DNA of 64,000 nucleotides, from positions 1,537,068 through 1,601,067 of the forward strand of contig OZ245017.1 in NCBI GenBank assembly GCA_965223785.1, read 5' to 3'. Under the pieces are notes generated by a model. The model made no database searches. It was not told the DNA's origin and saw only the letters and a program-made list of their open reading frames with translations. Positions within the stretch are counted from its first letter, which is position 1; every line of letters begins with the position of its first letter. Of the stretch, positions 30,634-41,428 are shown in pieces. This stretch comes from Phototrophicaceae bacterium. GTDB lineage: Bacteria; Chloroflexota; Anaerolineae; Aggregatilineales; Phototrophicaceae. A program made the position numbers and the translations under genes.

Positions 30634-31224
30634 ATGGAAGCAGACCTAACCCCCTGGATTTTTGCTTCGATTTTGTTGGTTGGTGTGATTTATCTCTTAT
30701 TTTCGATTTTGTTTGGCGGCGTTGCTGACCTTGATCTAGGCTTAGACCTGGATATGGGTGGTGGTTTGGATGTTGATGATACAGGTAGTGTCGATTCTTC
30801 CGAAGCTCGCGGGGTTGGCTGTAGTGTAATTGCAGCCTTCATGACCGGGTTCGGTTCTGTCGCGTTAATGGGCGAATTATCCGATTGGGAATTAGTTTTT
30901 AGTATCCTGGCAGGCATCGCTTTTGGCCTCATCTTTGGGCGGACGATGTGGGGGGCGCTGCGATTTATCGTTCGTCAACACTCTAACGACCTGTTGACCA
31001 AACACCGTCTAATCGGTGAGTTCGCCCGTATAACCGTCGATACGCCTGCAGGACAGGTCGGCGAAGCATTGGTCGAATCGGACATGGTGATTAAGTATGC
31101 GGTACGGGCCGAAGTGCCCTTGAGCAAAGGTGATTACGTCGAGATTGTTGATGTTGAGGATGGTCGCCTATATGTCAAAAAGAAGCGTAATGAAGCAAAC
31201 AGCAATCACGCTGTTCATAGATAG
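30634..31224 (+). CDS. NfeD-family membrane protein (partner of the SPFH/flotillin protein)
   Basis: N-terminal TM segments and a C-terminal OB-fold (GEALVESDMVIKYAVRAEVPLSKGDYVEIVDVEDGRLYVKK). Confidence 0.7.
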   Translation: MEADLTPWIFASILLVGVIYLLFSILFGGVADLDLGLDLDMGGGLDVDDTGSVDSSEARGVGCSVIAAFMTGFGSVALMGELSDWELVFSILAGIAFGLIFGRTMWGALRFIVRQHSNDLLTKHRLIGEFARITVDTPAGQVGEALVESDMVIKYAVRAEVPLSKGDYVEIVDVEDGRLYVKKKRNEANSNHAVHR

Positions 31225-31240
31225 TTAAATGGAGGGATAG

Positions 31241-32761
31241 ATGTCAGGTCCAGGGTTTCTAATTGCTGTCGGGGCAGCTACGCTGCTGATTATCTTTTTT
31301 GTCGTCTTTTTGGCACGCTACTATCACAAAGTGCCGCCAAGCCGGATTATGGTCGTTTTTGGGAGTGGTGAACCAAAGCTTGTCACCAATGGTGCGACCT
31401 TTGTAATGCCAATTTTCCAAACCTTTAAGATGCTTGATACCACCATCATGACTATCAAGACGGAAAAGGATGAGGTCTATACGGAAAGTGGTGTGCCGAT
31501 TATGTTGGATTGGGTTTCCCAGGTGCAAATCGACACCGAAGAAGCCGCCATCCGTACGGCTGCCAGAGCTTTTCTAGATAAGACCCGTGATGAAGTTCGG
31601 GCCGTGTTAGAAGAAACGTTAAGCGCCAACTTCCGTGCCATCGTCGGTCAGATGACGGTTGAGGCTATCCATCGTGACCGTGACTCCTTTGTCCAAAAAG
31701 TGCAGGATTTGGCCTCGGATGACATGGCAGCTATGGGTGTCAAGATTATCTCGATTGGTATTGAAGAAATTACCGATAATGAGGGCTATTTGGAAGCGAT
31801 GGCGGCCCCACAAATCGCAGCAGTCAAGCGTGATGCTGAAATCGCCCAAGCCGAAGCTGAGCGCGAATCCCGTGTGAAAGCCGCTGAAGCCAAACGGCAA
31901 GCCGAACAAGCAGAACTCGACGCCGAGCGTGAAATCTTGCAGCAGCGTGAGGCACTCCAATTGCGTGAGGTTGAGGTCGAGCGTGAGGTGGGCTTGGCAC
32001 AAGCCCAAACCGATACCGAAGTGCAGCAGCGTAGAGCTTTAGCAGTTGAGCAGCGGCAAGAAGCTGAAGTTCTAGTTCCGGTTAGGGCGCAACGCCAGGC
32101 GGTTGAGATTAAGGCTGAAGCTGAACGCCGCCGGATTGAGATCGCTGCTGAAGCCCAGGCCCAAGCAACCCGCAAACAGGCCGAAGCTCAGGCCGAAGCC
32201 ATCGAAAAGAAGGGGCGTGCGGATGCTACTGCTGTTCAAGCGATGGCCGAAGCCGAGGCTGAAGGTGAAAAGGCTGACGCCGAAAGTATCCGGGCAAGGT
32301 TGCTGGCAGAGGCCGAGGGTGAGCGCGCAAAATTATTGGCAGAGGCCGAGGGTCGTCGTCAGATTGCGGAAGCCAGTGCCGCCGAAGGCGAGATCAACTT
32401 ACGCCAGTATGTTATTGAGCAACTGACCAAAGCCGACATCGCCAAAGCCCAGGCAATTGCGGAAGCGATGGCAGGACTAGGTGGCAATGTCCGGGTTGTG
32501 GATTTTGGTGGTAATAGCAACAGCCCAACGGGCAATTCCTTCATGGATATGTTGCTGGGTATCCCGGAAGTCGCGGCCATGTTTTCGGCAAAAGTAGAAG
32601 CACTCAACGGAGAAGACTTCGAATTAACCCTGAACAAAGCGATTGACATGTTCAATATGCTCAAGAATCTGGGAACCTCAGACGGAGCACAAAGCCCCTC
32701 ATTGGCAAGTGGTAACGGCGACTTACCCCAGACCGCACCGCCACAGGATACGTTGCGTTAG
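31241..32761 (+). CDS. Flotillin-like SPFH/band-7 protein
   Basis: N-terminal TM helix, SPFH domain, and a long EA-rich coiled coil (AEAEAERRRIEIAAEAQA...). Confidence 0.85.
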   Translation: MSGPGFLIAVGAATLLIIFFVVFLARYYHKVPPSRIMVVFGSGEPKLVTNGATFVMPIFQTFKMLDTTIMTIKTEKDEVYTESGVPIMLDWVSQVQIDTEEAAIRTAARAFLDKTRDEVRAVLEETLSANFRAIVGQMTVEAIHRDRDSFVQKVQDLASDDMAAMGVKIISIGIEEITDNEGYLEAMAAPQIAAVKRDAEIAQAEAERESRVKAAEAKRQAEQAELDAEREILQQREALQLREVEVEREVGLAQAQTDTEVQQRRALAVEQRQEAEVLVPVRAQRQAVEIKAEAERRRIEIAAEAQAQATRKQAEAQAEAIEKKGRADATAVQAMAEAEAEGEKADAESIRARLLAEAEGERAKLLAEAEGRRQIAEASAAEGEINLRQYVIEQLTKADIAKAQAIAEAMAGLGGNVRVVDFGGNSNSPTGNSFMDMLLGIPEVAAMFSAKVEALNGEDFELTLNKAIDMFNMLKNLGTSDGAQSPSLASGNGDLPQTAPPQDTLR

Positions 32762-33349
32762 ATGATCTGACTGTATGGCATAAATTCTTGATTGATGCGA
32801 TGTGGTGTTTTGCGCGCCAGGCCACGTTGGCGATCAACTGAGTAGATTGTTAAACAACCGGTTCAATCTTGAGTGTATCCGGACTCTCACGGTTGGGGAG
32901 TGGTGAATCGTATGGATGTCCATGAGTCACCGGACAATACAGTTGTAGATTGGACCGAATCGTCCCTTTATTGCCGCCGCAGAAGAAAAAACGGCGACAG
33001 AGTTGATTTGGGAGAACGTATAGAACAACATGTGTTCTATATTCAGACAGGGCTGTGTATTGTTTTTCTAGCCCAACTCCGCAGAAGTCGCAGTGACATT
33101 GTACTGTTTTTCTCGTACATCCCCTCAAACAGCTTACCGACATCGTAACCCGTGCTTTCAGTTTAACCGCTCGCCCCTATCTCGGTAAGCAGGCCACGAT
33201 GTTAGGAAGTAGAATCAGGAGATGAAACAGAAAAACAGTACACTCATCTTTACCACACAGGACACTTTTGCACCAGAAACTAGCTAGTTGAGGCGAGATC
33301 ATAAATAAAATTGAGAAAGACTATGCCGGGTATAGCCCCGGCACAGCCA

Positions 33350-34375
33350 CTTTCATACTATACGCTCTATGTGAAATTAAAAAGCATCATCAGTTGACCA
33401 TGGAAAGGTTTGAACATCAATACCGTATCGAGACCGCAAAATGTATTTGAGCAAATGAGCCGTGACTTTGGCGATGAGCCGTGTTACCAAGCCATTGACT
33501 GTTTTTGCCAGCAAGCGTTCAATGTTGCGTCCGGTATGCTGAAGTTCGTGAAAGACCCCTTCAATACGTTCGTGTACACTATTCAATAGCTTTGTAAAGC
33601 CTTGAGGATGTTGGCTGTTCTGGTTTTTGCGTTTGGGGGTGATGATGGTGTTGGCTGTTTGCTCAAGCATTTGGGCTTGCCATTCCACACTCAGAAAACC
33701 TTTGTCGCCGATCAGGTGCGCTTGGGATATGCGATCAAGGACAGCCTCAGCCGCTGCCCGTTCATCGCTATTCGCCGCTACCAAATCATCGATCACGGGA
33801 ATGCCATCCAGTGTCGTCATTAGCACCCGCTTGTAGCCAAAATAGCGCAAGTTGCGTCCCACACAGGAGCCATAATCGGCACTCTTCAGAAAGTCGCTGC
33901 GGCTTTTGCTGCGTTTATAACCGACAACTGGAATGGGTTTGGTGTCGATCAGATAGGTCGTGGCTTGTCCAACCCCCAATGCCATCAACCAGTCACGACG
34001 CATCGCTTTGACCAGATAACGCAGCCCACGCGAACGACGATTGAATTGGCTTTGATCCACCAATTGTGGGAACAGAGCGCCATGGTTGGCACGAATATAG
34101 CCCAAATACTGGGTCTCACCCGGATAGGGAATGTAATCCTCAGCCAGCCTCAAGGTCATGATCTCACTATCACTGCAATCGGGTTTGCGCCCCACTGTAC
34201 CTTGCAACAGATACTGTCCTTTATCTTGATACCAATCATCAACTTCTACAAAGATAATGGTCAACAACGTTTCAATGTCTATACTAGTCATAGGGCTGAA
34301 TTCTCTCTCATGGTTTGTTTTGTCACTTACTATCTTGGGGTTCAGCCCCATTTTCTCAATTCTATTTCACATCAG
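33350..34375 (-). mobile_element. Insertion sequence encoding a DDE transposase of the IS4/IS5/IS982 superfamily (CDS 33377..34351; the true start is possibly Met at 34291)
   Basis: 324-aa ORF with a DDE-type transposase C-terminal region (...VHERIEGVFHELQHTGRNIERLLAK) and imperfect terminal inverted repeats (gatgtgaaatagaattgagaaaatgggg / ctatgtgaaattaaaaag). Confidence 0.6.
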
Positions 34376-34399
34376 GCGTACTATTTCAGTTGCGACACC

Positions 34400-35398
34400 C
34401 AAAAGGACGAAAGCAACTGAAATGGTATACTGAGAACCGTTACTTGTCACGTTAGTTTTGTTGGTCGATATGCTACCTTTTCCATCACCACCCAAGAAGC
34501 GTGGACGGGGACGACCAAAAGACTATTCAGATCGTTTGATTGGCAAAGCATTAGTCATCATGATTATTCGTCGACTAGACACAGCCTATAGCTTATTGGC
34601 ATTCTTGGAGCAAGACACGTTTTTAACTGGCCAACTGCGAGACTTGTTGACAGAAAATGGGCGTTTTCCAAGTCGCCGCACTTGGGAACGTCGTTTGCAA
34701 TCCCTGCCTGATTCCTTGCCAGGTCTCATCGGATGCTTTGGACGCTATCTGGTCGCTTATGACACCTGTGGGCGAGCTGCCGCCATGGATAGGACGATGT
34801 TGCCTGCCAAAGGTGGTGTTTGGCATAAGAAGCACCAGGAGCAAGGCCTTGCCCCACATCGCATAATTGATACCGATGCTCACTGGTCGAAGTCTGGCTA
34901 TCATGGCTGGTGGTACGGATGGAAATTGCACATCACCTGTACCATCGCCTCGATCTGGATCCCCTTGGCGGCGGAACTGACACCAGCCAATCTTCATGAC
35001 AGGACCATCGCCATTCCCATGGCCTATGAGTTGCCCGATGAGGGGCGTTATCTGATGGGAGATCGTCATTATCGTAATGATGATCTCAAAGCCTATTGTC
35101 GTCTGAACGAGCATACATTGATCACAACACGACCCGGTCAGTATCCCCATCAAGATGCGGGCGTTGAAGTCCGCAAAATCTTGCATCGGCTTCGGCATCA
35201 GGCCATTGAACCCTTCAACGGCTTCTTTAAGAATGTCTTTGAAGGGGATGGGCAAGTTCCTGTTCGTGGACATAACCCCGTCCCCCTCTTTGTCTATCAA
35301 CTGGTCTTGCTGTATCAGTTTCGACATAATAAACCTCTAGGCAAGAGCGTTAATGCACTTTTACGGGCTGCTTGATTTATGATCAGCCCTCATTTAAT
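34400..35398 (+). mobile_element. IS5/IS4-superfamily insertion sequence (transposase CDS 34458..35375)
   Basis: 305-aa DDE transposase (N-terminal ...PPKKRGRGRPKDYSDRL, catalytic region ...MGDRHYRNDDL..., HRLRHQAIEPFNGFFKNVF). The right end is duplicated as a solo fragment at 20222-20325. Confidence 0.7.
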
Positions 35399-35413
35399 TA
35401 GAATTGGATTATT

Positions 35414-36643
35414 ATGACTGACACATTTGAAATTGAACTGACCGCGATGGCACATGGCGGCAGTGCATTGGGGCGTCACAACAAGCAGACCGTCTTCATC
35501 CCTTATACCATCCCCGGTGAAGTCGTAGAAGCCAGAATACATAACTCAAAGGGGCGCGTGGCCTTTGCAGATGGCGTCCGATTACTGGAAGCATCGGCTG
35601 ATCGGGTGTTTCCACGTTGCCCTCATTTTGGCCCGTCGCGCTGTGGACGCTGCCACTGGCAACACATCAACTATGCGGCGCAACTGCTTATTAAGCAGGA
35701 TATCCTGGCGGATCAACTTGCCCGGATCGGTGGTTTTGAGGATACTGCTGTCCTGCCGATGATCAGGAGTTCAATAGAATGGTCATATAACTATCACATG
35801 ACCTTCGACATAGTAGAGGATCAAGTAGGCTTCAGCGGCGCAGGGAACGCACCCTTAGCGATTATCGAAGAATGTCACCTAATGCATCCTGAACTGCTTG
35901 ATCTATATAATTCGCTTGAACTGGCGTTCAACGGCATACAGCAAGTTCGCCTGCAAATCGGTACAAAAAACGACATGATGATCGTCCTAGCACTTAAGGA
36001 TGAGAATAATGTACCCGAACTGGCGCTGAATGTGCCCGCGAGTATCAACATGCTACTGCCTGATCATGAACCGATTAATCTGGCAGGTTCAACACACACT
36101 GTCTATGACATTGCCGATCATAAGTTCCGCGTGACGGCCGGGAGTGCGATCCGTGCGAATATCGCTCAGATTCCGACCCTAACACAGGTCATCGTGGCGT
36201 TGCTTGATCTCCCTCACGATGCAGCGGTCCTTGATTTGTATGCAGGGGTGGGTATTTTCAGTGCTGCCTTAGCCAAACAAGCCAGCCTGGTGACGTTAGT
36301 CGAGAGTTTTCCACCCGCTGTCACCGATGCCGACGAAAATCTGGCCGATCTGGACAATGTGGATGTCATTGAAGGCACAGTTGAGGGTGTGTTGGCAGCG
36401 CTCAACAACCCTTATACTGCGGCGGTGCTTGATCCTCCCCCATATGGGCTAAGCGTAGATGTTATTGATCTGCTGGTGGAAGCGCAGATTCCCCGATTGA
36501 TTTACGTTAGCAGTGACCCGGCAACCCTGGCGCGTGACGCGAAACGGTTGGTTCAACAAGGCTATACGATGGCCGTGGTTCAGCCCATTGACTTTTCGCC
36601 CCAGACCTTTTTCATTGATTCAGTTGCCGTCTTTGACCTTTAA
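35414..36643 (+). CDS. 23S rRNA (uracil-C5)-methyltransferase, RlmD/RumA family
   Basis: TRAM domain, Fe-S cysteine cluster (CPHFGPSRCGRCHWQH), SAM-binding VLDLYAGVGIF and DPPPYG. Confidence 0.8.
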   Translation: MTDTFEIELTAMAHGGSALGRHNKQTVFIPYTIPGEVVEARIHNSKGRVAFADGVRLLEASADRVFPRCPHFGPSRCGRCHWQHINYAAQLLIKQDILADQLARIGGFEDTAVLPMIRSSIEWSYNYHMTFDIVEDQVGFSGAGNAPLAIIEECHLMHPELLDLYNSLELAFNGIQQVRLQIGTKNDMMIVLALKDENNVPELALNVPASINMLLPDHEPINLAGSTHTVYDIADHKFRVTAGSAIRANIAQIPTLTQVIVALLDLPHDAAVLDLYAGVGIFSAALAKQASLVTLVESFPPAVTDADENLADLDNVDVIEGTVEGVLAALNNPYTAAVLDPPPYGLSVDVIDLLVEAQIPRLIYVSSDPATLARDAKRLVQQGYTMAVVQPIDFSPQTFFIDSVAVFDL

Positions 36644-36685
36644 GTGCAATACTTGTGTCCAATTGCGTTTTTTGGGAGAAGAGAC

Positions 36686-37852
36686 ATGCTCACTAATCCA
36701 ACAATTCCAGCCTTTTTCAGTCTAGAAAATGCGAACATCGCCGATTTGGATACCTTGTGTTCGCAAGCCACCAATTTGAGTGATTATGCGTTTGCCGATG
36801 CAGTCGAAAAGAACATCGTCATTTATGATGGCGGCAAAGTACGTCAAGCCCTGACCTCACCAGATCAAGAAGTAACCCTCAAAGCCGAATTGACATGCTG
36901 CTTGAACACGGGGCCAGGGGTATTCGCAGTCAAAAACGCTTATGATGACCTGGATGTCATTGACCAGACAACCGACCTGTTCCTAAAAATCATTGCTGAA
37001 GAGAAAGCATCAGGCCAAGGCCAGGGCGATCACTTTGGTCAAAACGAGCGTATCTGGAACTCGTTTCAAAAAGCGTGTATGCGTGCCCCTGACCTATTCA
37101 TTGATTACTATGGCAATCCAATTCTAGCGCTGGCTTCAACGGCATGGCTCGGCCCCTATTATCAGATTACCGCCCAGGTCAACAACGTCAAACCGGGCAG
37201 TGCAGCGCAATCAGCACACCGAGACTATCATCTCGGCTTCCAATCGCAGGAGGCCGTCGCGCAGTTCCCGGCTCATGCTCAGGTCATATCCCAATATCTG
37301 ACGCTGCAAGGCGCAATCGCCCATACCAACATGACGCTCGATACTGGCCCAACACTCCTACTCCCTTATTCACAGCAATTCGCACCGGGCTATATAGCCT
37401 ATACTCAACCGGAGTTCGCGGCTTACTTTGATGAACATAGCGTCCAGATCCCATTTGATAAGGGTGATATGGTATTCTTCAGTCCAGCATTATTTCATGG
37501 GGCAGGCACAAACCAATCGTCTGCAGATCGGATTGCGAATCTGGTGCAGATTTCATCAGCGTTTGGCCGCCCAATGGAAACGATCAACCGCTACGCTATG
37601 ATTGAGGCAGTTTATCCGGCTTTGTTGAAACGGACAAAGGCACAAACACTTTCGGAACACTTGCTCAATGATACCATCATGGCGGTAGCAGACGGCTATT
37701 CATTCCCCACCAATCTCGATTCTGATCCGCCTCTAGGTGGCAACGCACCAGAAACAACCGCACAACTGATGCACCGGGCGCTGGCTTCACGGTGGACTTT
37801 GACACAATTACAAGATGCTCTATCGGCTTATATCCAACGGCGACAGGCATGA
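36686..37852 (+). CDS. Phytanoyl-CoA dioxygenase (PhyH)-family 2OG-Fe(II) oxygenase
   Basis: HRDYH ... FFSPALFHGAGTN iron ligands. Start placed at ATG 36686 (RBS GGGAGAAGAG), not the track's 36644, which would overlap rlmD. Confidence 0.65.
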   Translation: MLTNPTIPAFFSLENANIADLDTLCSQATNLSDYAFADAVEKNIVIYDGGKVRQALTSPDQEVTLKAELTCCLNTGPGVFAVKNAYDDLDVIDQTTDLFLKIIAEEKASGQGQGDHFGQNERIWNSFQKACMRAPDLFIDYYGNPILALASTAWLGPYYQITAQVNNVKPGSAAQSAHRDYHLGFQSQEAVAQFPAHAQVISQYLTLQGAIAHTNMTLDTGPTLLLPYSQQFAPGYIAYTQPEFAAYFDEHSVQIPFDKGDMVFFSPALFHGAGTNQSSADRIANLVQISSAFGRPMETINRYAMIEAVYPALLKRTKAQTLSEHLLNDTIMAVADGYSFPTNLDSDPPLGGNAPETTAQLMHRALASRWTLTQLQDALSAYIQRRQA

Positions 37853-38649
37853 CCGATTTCAACGCTTTTTGCACTACAGCGCAATCCATCGCTCGTGAAT
37901 CAGGCGCGATCCTTCTCCATTATCTGGATGGCCCGATCATCGAAACCACCAAGTCCACGCCAATAGACATGGTAACTCAAGCGGACAAAGAAGCGGAGAA
38001 GCTGATTGTTAAGCGGTTGACAGCCGCTTATCCTGACCATCATATTGTCGCAGAAGAAGGCGGTAGCCTAGGGGCACCTGCCGAAACAGCACCATATCGC
38101 TGGTATGTTGATCCATTGGATGGCACGACTAACTTTGCCAATCGTATTCCGATGTTTTGTACCAGTTTGGGGCTGACCGATATCCACATGAACCCGCTGC
38201 TCGGCGTGATCTATGACCCGGTGCGTGATGAGATGTTCACGGCAATTAAGGATCAGGGCGCATTTTTGAACGGCAAGCAGATCCAGGTCACGAATGATAC
38301 CGACCTGGAAACTTGTGTCCTCGCTAGCGATTTCCCCTATGATCGTGTCTCTGGCTTCAACAACAATCTACCCCAATGGGAACGGGTGCTAATGCGCTCG
38401 CGGAGTCTGCGTTCTTTTGGATCAGCTGCATTAGACCTATGCTTTGTGGCGGCAGGTCGGCTCGATGGCTATTGGGAACAAACATTGAGTGCCTGGGATT
38501 GTGTGGCGGGCGGCTTGTGTGTTCTGGAAGCAGGCGGCTGCATCACTGATTATGACGGTGAAACGCCGGAAACGATGTATTCAACGGGGCAGATTGTCGC
38601 TACTAATGGCAAGATCCACAATCAATTGTTGCAACTCTTAGGGGATTAG
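37849..38649 (+). CDS. Inositol monophosphatase family protein
   Basis: EEGG, WYVDPLDGTTNF, and WDxxAG metal-binding motifs. The ATG at 37849 overlaps the upstream stop (ATGA). Confidence 0.8.
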   Translation: MTDFNAFCTTAQSIARESGAILLHYLDGPIIETTKSTPIDMVTQADKEAEKLIVKRLTAAYPDHHIVAEEGGSLGAPAETAPYRWYVDPLDGTTNFANRIPMFCTSLGLTDIHMNPLLGVIYDPVRDEMFTAIKDQGAFLNGKQIQVTNDTDLETCVLASDFPYDRVSGFNNNLPQWERVLMRSRSLRSFGSAALDLCFVAAGRLDGYWEQTLSAWDCVAGGLCVLEAGGCITDYDGETPETMYSTGQIVATNGKIHNQLLQLLGD

Positions 38650-39332
38650 TCGCGTTGCTGGAAAATGACAATGGTCGTCCCAAAGGTGATGTGATCCCCA
38701 TTTTTGAGGGCATGACCATCACCCGCAATTTGTTTATTGTTGATGAAGGTTCCATTGGAACTGTTTAGGTCTGCCAGATACCAACGACCATCAATGTGGC
38801 TGAGACGAGCATGAGGGCGGGAAACGGATGGGTCTTGTAGGCCAACCTCCCAGATGGCGTTGCTGGTAGCCCGGCCTATGGTGATCGTTTGTAACAACAG
38901 TGGGATGATGTGTCCCTGCTGGAGCCCGGAGATGATTTCCAACTGATCTTGATTCAGGGTATCCGCTTGTCGAACATGCTGGGCTCGATTATTGTTCTCA
39001 ATCAATTGAAAAACCAGCGTAGGTATATACAAACGAATGACATCGCCAGAAGCCAGTGGGAACGGTTCGGTCAGCTGAAGATCGTTGACGAAGGTTCCGT
39101 TGGCACTTTTCAGATCCGCGATCATGAAAATGCCATCGGTGTATTTGATGGCAGTATGCTGGCGCGAAACATGACGATCTGGTATACAAATATCATTCTG
39201 GGAAGACCGCCCTATCGTGATAGATGAGCTTTCGGTCAGAAAATAGGCCTGAGGAGTTCCAGTTTCAAGATCGTTCCAGATGAGTTTGGCGACTGGAAAA
39301 GGTTCGCGTTCATTCATTCTGTTATACTTCAA
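38646..39332 (-). CDS. Protein with two tandem FHA domains
   Basis: ITIGRSSQNDICIPDRHVSRQHTAI...SANGTFVND and ITIGRATSNAIWE...SRPHARL...SSNGTFIN. Confidence 0.8.
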   Translation of the reverse strand: MKYNRMNEREPFPVAKLIWNDLETGTPQAYFLTESSSITIGRSSQNDICIPDRHVSRQHTAIKYTDGIFMIADLKSANGTFVNDLQLTEPFPLASGDVIRLYIPTLVFQLIENNNRAQHVRQADTLNQDQLEIISGLQQGHIIPLLLQTITIGRATSNAIWEVGLQDPSVSRPHARLSHIDGRWYLADLNSSNGTFINNKQIAGDGHALKNGDHITFGTTIVIFQQRD

Positions 39333-39393
39333 TTGACGACTGGGCTACTTCAGCCAAAGTATAGCACGATCATGCAACAGTTTCATCGTTTTC

Positions 39394-40854
39394 TTGACAG
39401 ATTTCTCGGGATCGTTTATCTTATATTCTCATGAATTCGAGAATATAAGATGGGCCAAACCTATGGACAACAATCAGAAGATTACGGGGTTCCGGGCGTT
39501 TACACTGATCTGGCTGGGACAACTTGTCTCCTTGATTGGTACTGGAATGACGCGCTTCGCCCTGACAATCTGGGCCTATAATGAAACAGGTTCAGTGACA
39601 GTACTCTCAATGGTGGCGTTTTTTTCGTTTGCGCCCACTATCCTGCTCAGCCCGGTAGCGGGTGCTTTGGTAGATCGGTGGAATCGTAAACTGGTGATGG
39701 CGATCAGTGACCTTGCTGCTGGAATGTCAACTGTCGGGCTGCTGTTATTGTTTGCATCCGGCAACCTGCAAATCTGGCATTTGTATGTTGCCGGGGCCTG
39801 GGCCAGTACTTTTGAGGCTTTTCAATTCCCGGCATTTTCGGCAGCGATCACCATGATTGTACCCAAGAAAGCGTTTGCTCGTGCTAGTGCGATGTTATCA
39901 TTGGCACAATCAGCCTCCGGCATTATTGCCCCAGTTGCGGCGGGTTTTATGCTTAGTGTTACAACGATGAACACCATCCTCCAAATTGATATCGCCACGT
40001 TTTCTTTTGCGGTTCTGATGATCGTGATTGTCTATATCCCCACACCCAGACGTTCTGTAGATGGTGCAGCGGCACAGGGTAGCCTGTGGCAGGAATCCAT
40101 CTTTGGATTCAAGTATATCTTTAGCCGTTCAGGCCTGCTGGGAATGCAGATGGTGTTCTTCTTTGTCAACCTGTTCTCAATGGCAACGATTGTGCTGATG
40201 CCCCCGCTTATTCTGGCTGTGACGGATAGTGACGAGGCTGTTCTGAGCATTGTGCAGGCAGCGGCGGGAGTCGGTGGTGTGTTGGGGGGTGTATGGTTGA
40301 GTGCCTGGGGCGGCCCCAAACGCAAAGTGCATGGCGTATTCATAGGCATGATTCTGGCAGGTTTATTTGGTCAGACATTGTTAGGACTGGGACAATCGCT
40401 GGTGGTTTGGGTCATCGGTTCGTTTTTCTTTATGTTCTTCGTGCCCCTGATCAATTCATCTAATCAAGCCATCTGGCAGATCAAAGTGCCTGCGGATGTG
40501 CAGGGTAAGGTCTTCGGGGTGCGGAGGCTGATCGCGCAAATCACAGGGCCAGTTGCCATGATCCTATGTGGACCATTAGCAGATCGGGTCTTTGAGCCTG
40601 CCATGCAGCCAGATGGCGCACTAGCTCCGGTGTTTGGTGGATTGGTTGGGACAGGCACAGGTGCAGGCATTAGTTTGATGTTCGTTTTCCTGGGAATTAT
40701 GGTGGCGATTGTCGGTTTGTCTGCCTATGCCTTTCCCTTCATTCGTGAGATTGAGGTGATTTTGCCTGACATTGAAGTGGCAGAAGCGCCTGCCTCATAC
40801 CCTGATGAAGCAGAAACCGCTTCTCCAGGTGCAGCCACCGCACCCGCCCGCTAG
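39394..40854 (+). CDS. MFS transporter
   Basis: 12-14 TM helices and a DRWNRK motif between TM2 and TM3. Confidence 0.8.
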   Translation: MTDFSGSFILYSHEFENIRWAKPMDNNQKITGFRAFTLIWLGQLVSLIGTGMTRFALTIWAYNETGSVTVLSMVAFFSFAPTILLSPVAGALVDRWNRKLVMAISDLAAGMSTVGLLLLFASGNLQIWHLYVAGAWASTFEAFQFPAFSAAITMIVPKKAFARASAMLSLAQSASGIIAPVAAGFMLSVTTMNTILQIDIATFSFAVLMIVIVYIPTPRRSVDGAAAQGSLWQESIFGFKYIFSRSGLLGMQMVFFFVNLFSMATIVLMPPLILAVTDSDEAVLSIVQAAAGVGGVLGGVWLSAWGGPKRKVHGVFIGMILAGLFGQTLLGLGQSLVVWVIGSFFFMFFVPLINSSNQAIWQIKVPADVQGKVFGVRRLIAQITGPVAMILCGPLADRVFEPAMQPDGALAPVFGGLVGTGTGAGISLMFVFLGIMVAIVGLSAYAFPFIREIEVILPDIEVAEAPASYPDEAETASPGAATAPAR

Positions 40855-40894
40855 TGTATGTTAGAATATTGGCAGAATGAGGTGAGGAGCAGAT

Positions 40895-41428
40895 ATTATC
40901 GGATTCATACGAGCGATTTGCCTGGATTGTGGTGATACCCTGGTGGATGAAGGAAGCGAGATCAAAGATGAGCGTGGGGTTGTCTGGCAGGCGGAGCTCA
41001 TCCCCGGCGCTATGGAGATGGTGCGAGAACTCAAGCAAGGGGGTTATCCATTGGCATTGGTAGCAGATGGGCCTGTGGGAACCTTCAAGAACATTCTGGG
41101 ACATTATAAGCTGTATGACCTGTTTGATGCTCATGCCATCTCGGAGGCAGTGGGTGTTCTGAAACCGGATGCACGGATGTTTACCCATGCCCTGAACATG
41201 CTGGAAATCCCATGGGGTGACTATCATCGGGTGGTGATGGTTGGGAACAACCTGGCGCGTGACATCAAGGGAGCCAACCAACTTGGCCTGATAAGTGTCT
41301 GGTTGAACTGGTCGCCACGCCGATCCAAAACACCTGCTGACGCCAGCGAAATCCCGCAGCATATCATCAATACCCCGCTTGATCTGCTACCCCTTGTCAA
41401 GAAGCTTAATAACGAGGACGCATCCTGA
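40895..41428 (+). CDS. HAD-family hydrolase; the start is probably non-canonical (ATT/ATC) or the gene is 5'-defective
   Basis: HAD motif I ICLDCGDTL is encoded at 40913-40939, upstream of the first ATG/GTG/TTG (GTG 40943), in a frame open from 40886. RBS GAGGTGAGGAG at 40879-40889. Confidence 0.55.
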   Translation: MIGFIRAICLDCGDTLVDEGSEIKDERGVVWQAELIPGAMEMVRELKQGGYPLALVADGPVGTFKNILGHYKLYDLFDAHAISEAVGVLKPDARMFTHALNMLEIPWGDYHRVVMVGNNLARDIKGANQLGLISVWLNWSPRRSKTPADASEIPQHIINTPLDLLPLVKKLNNEDAS

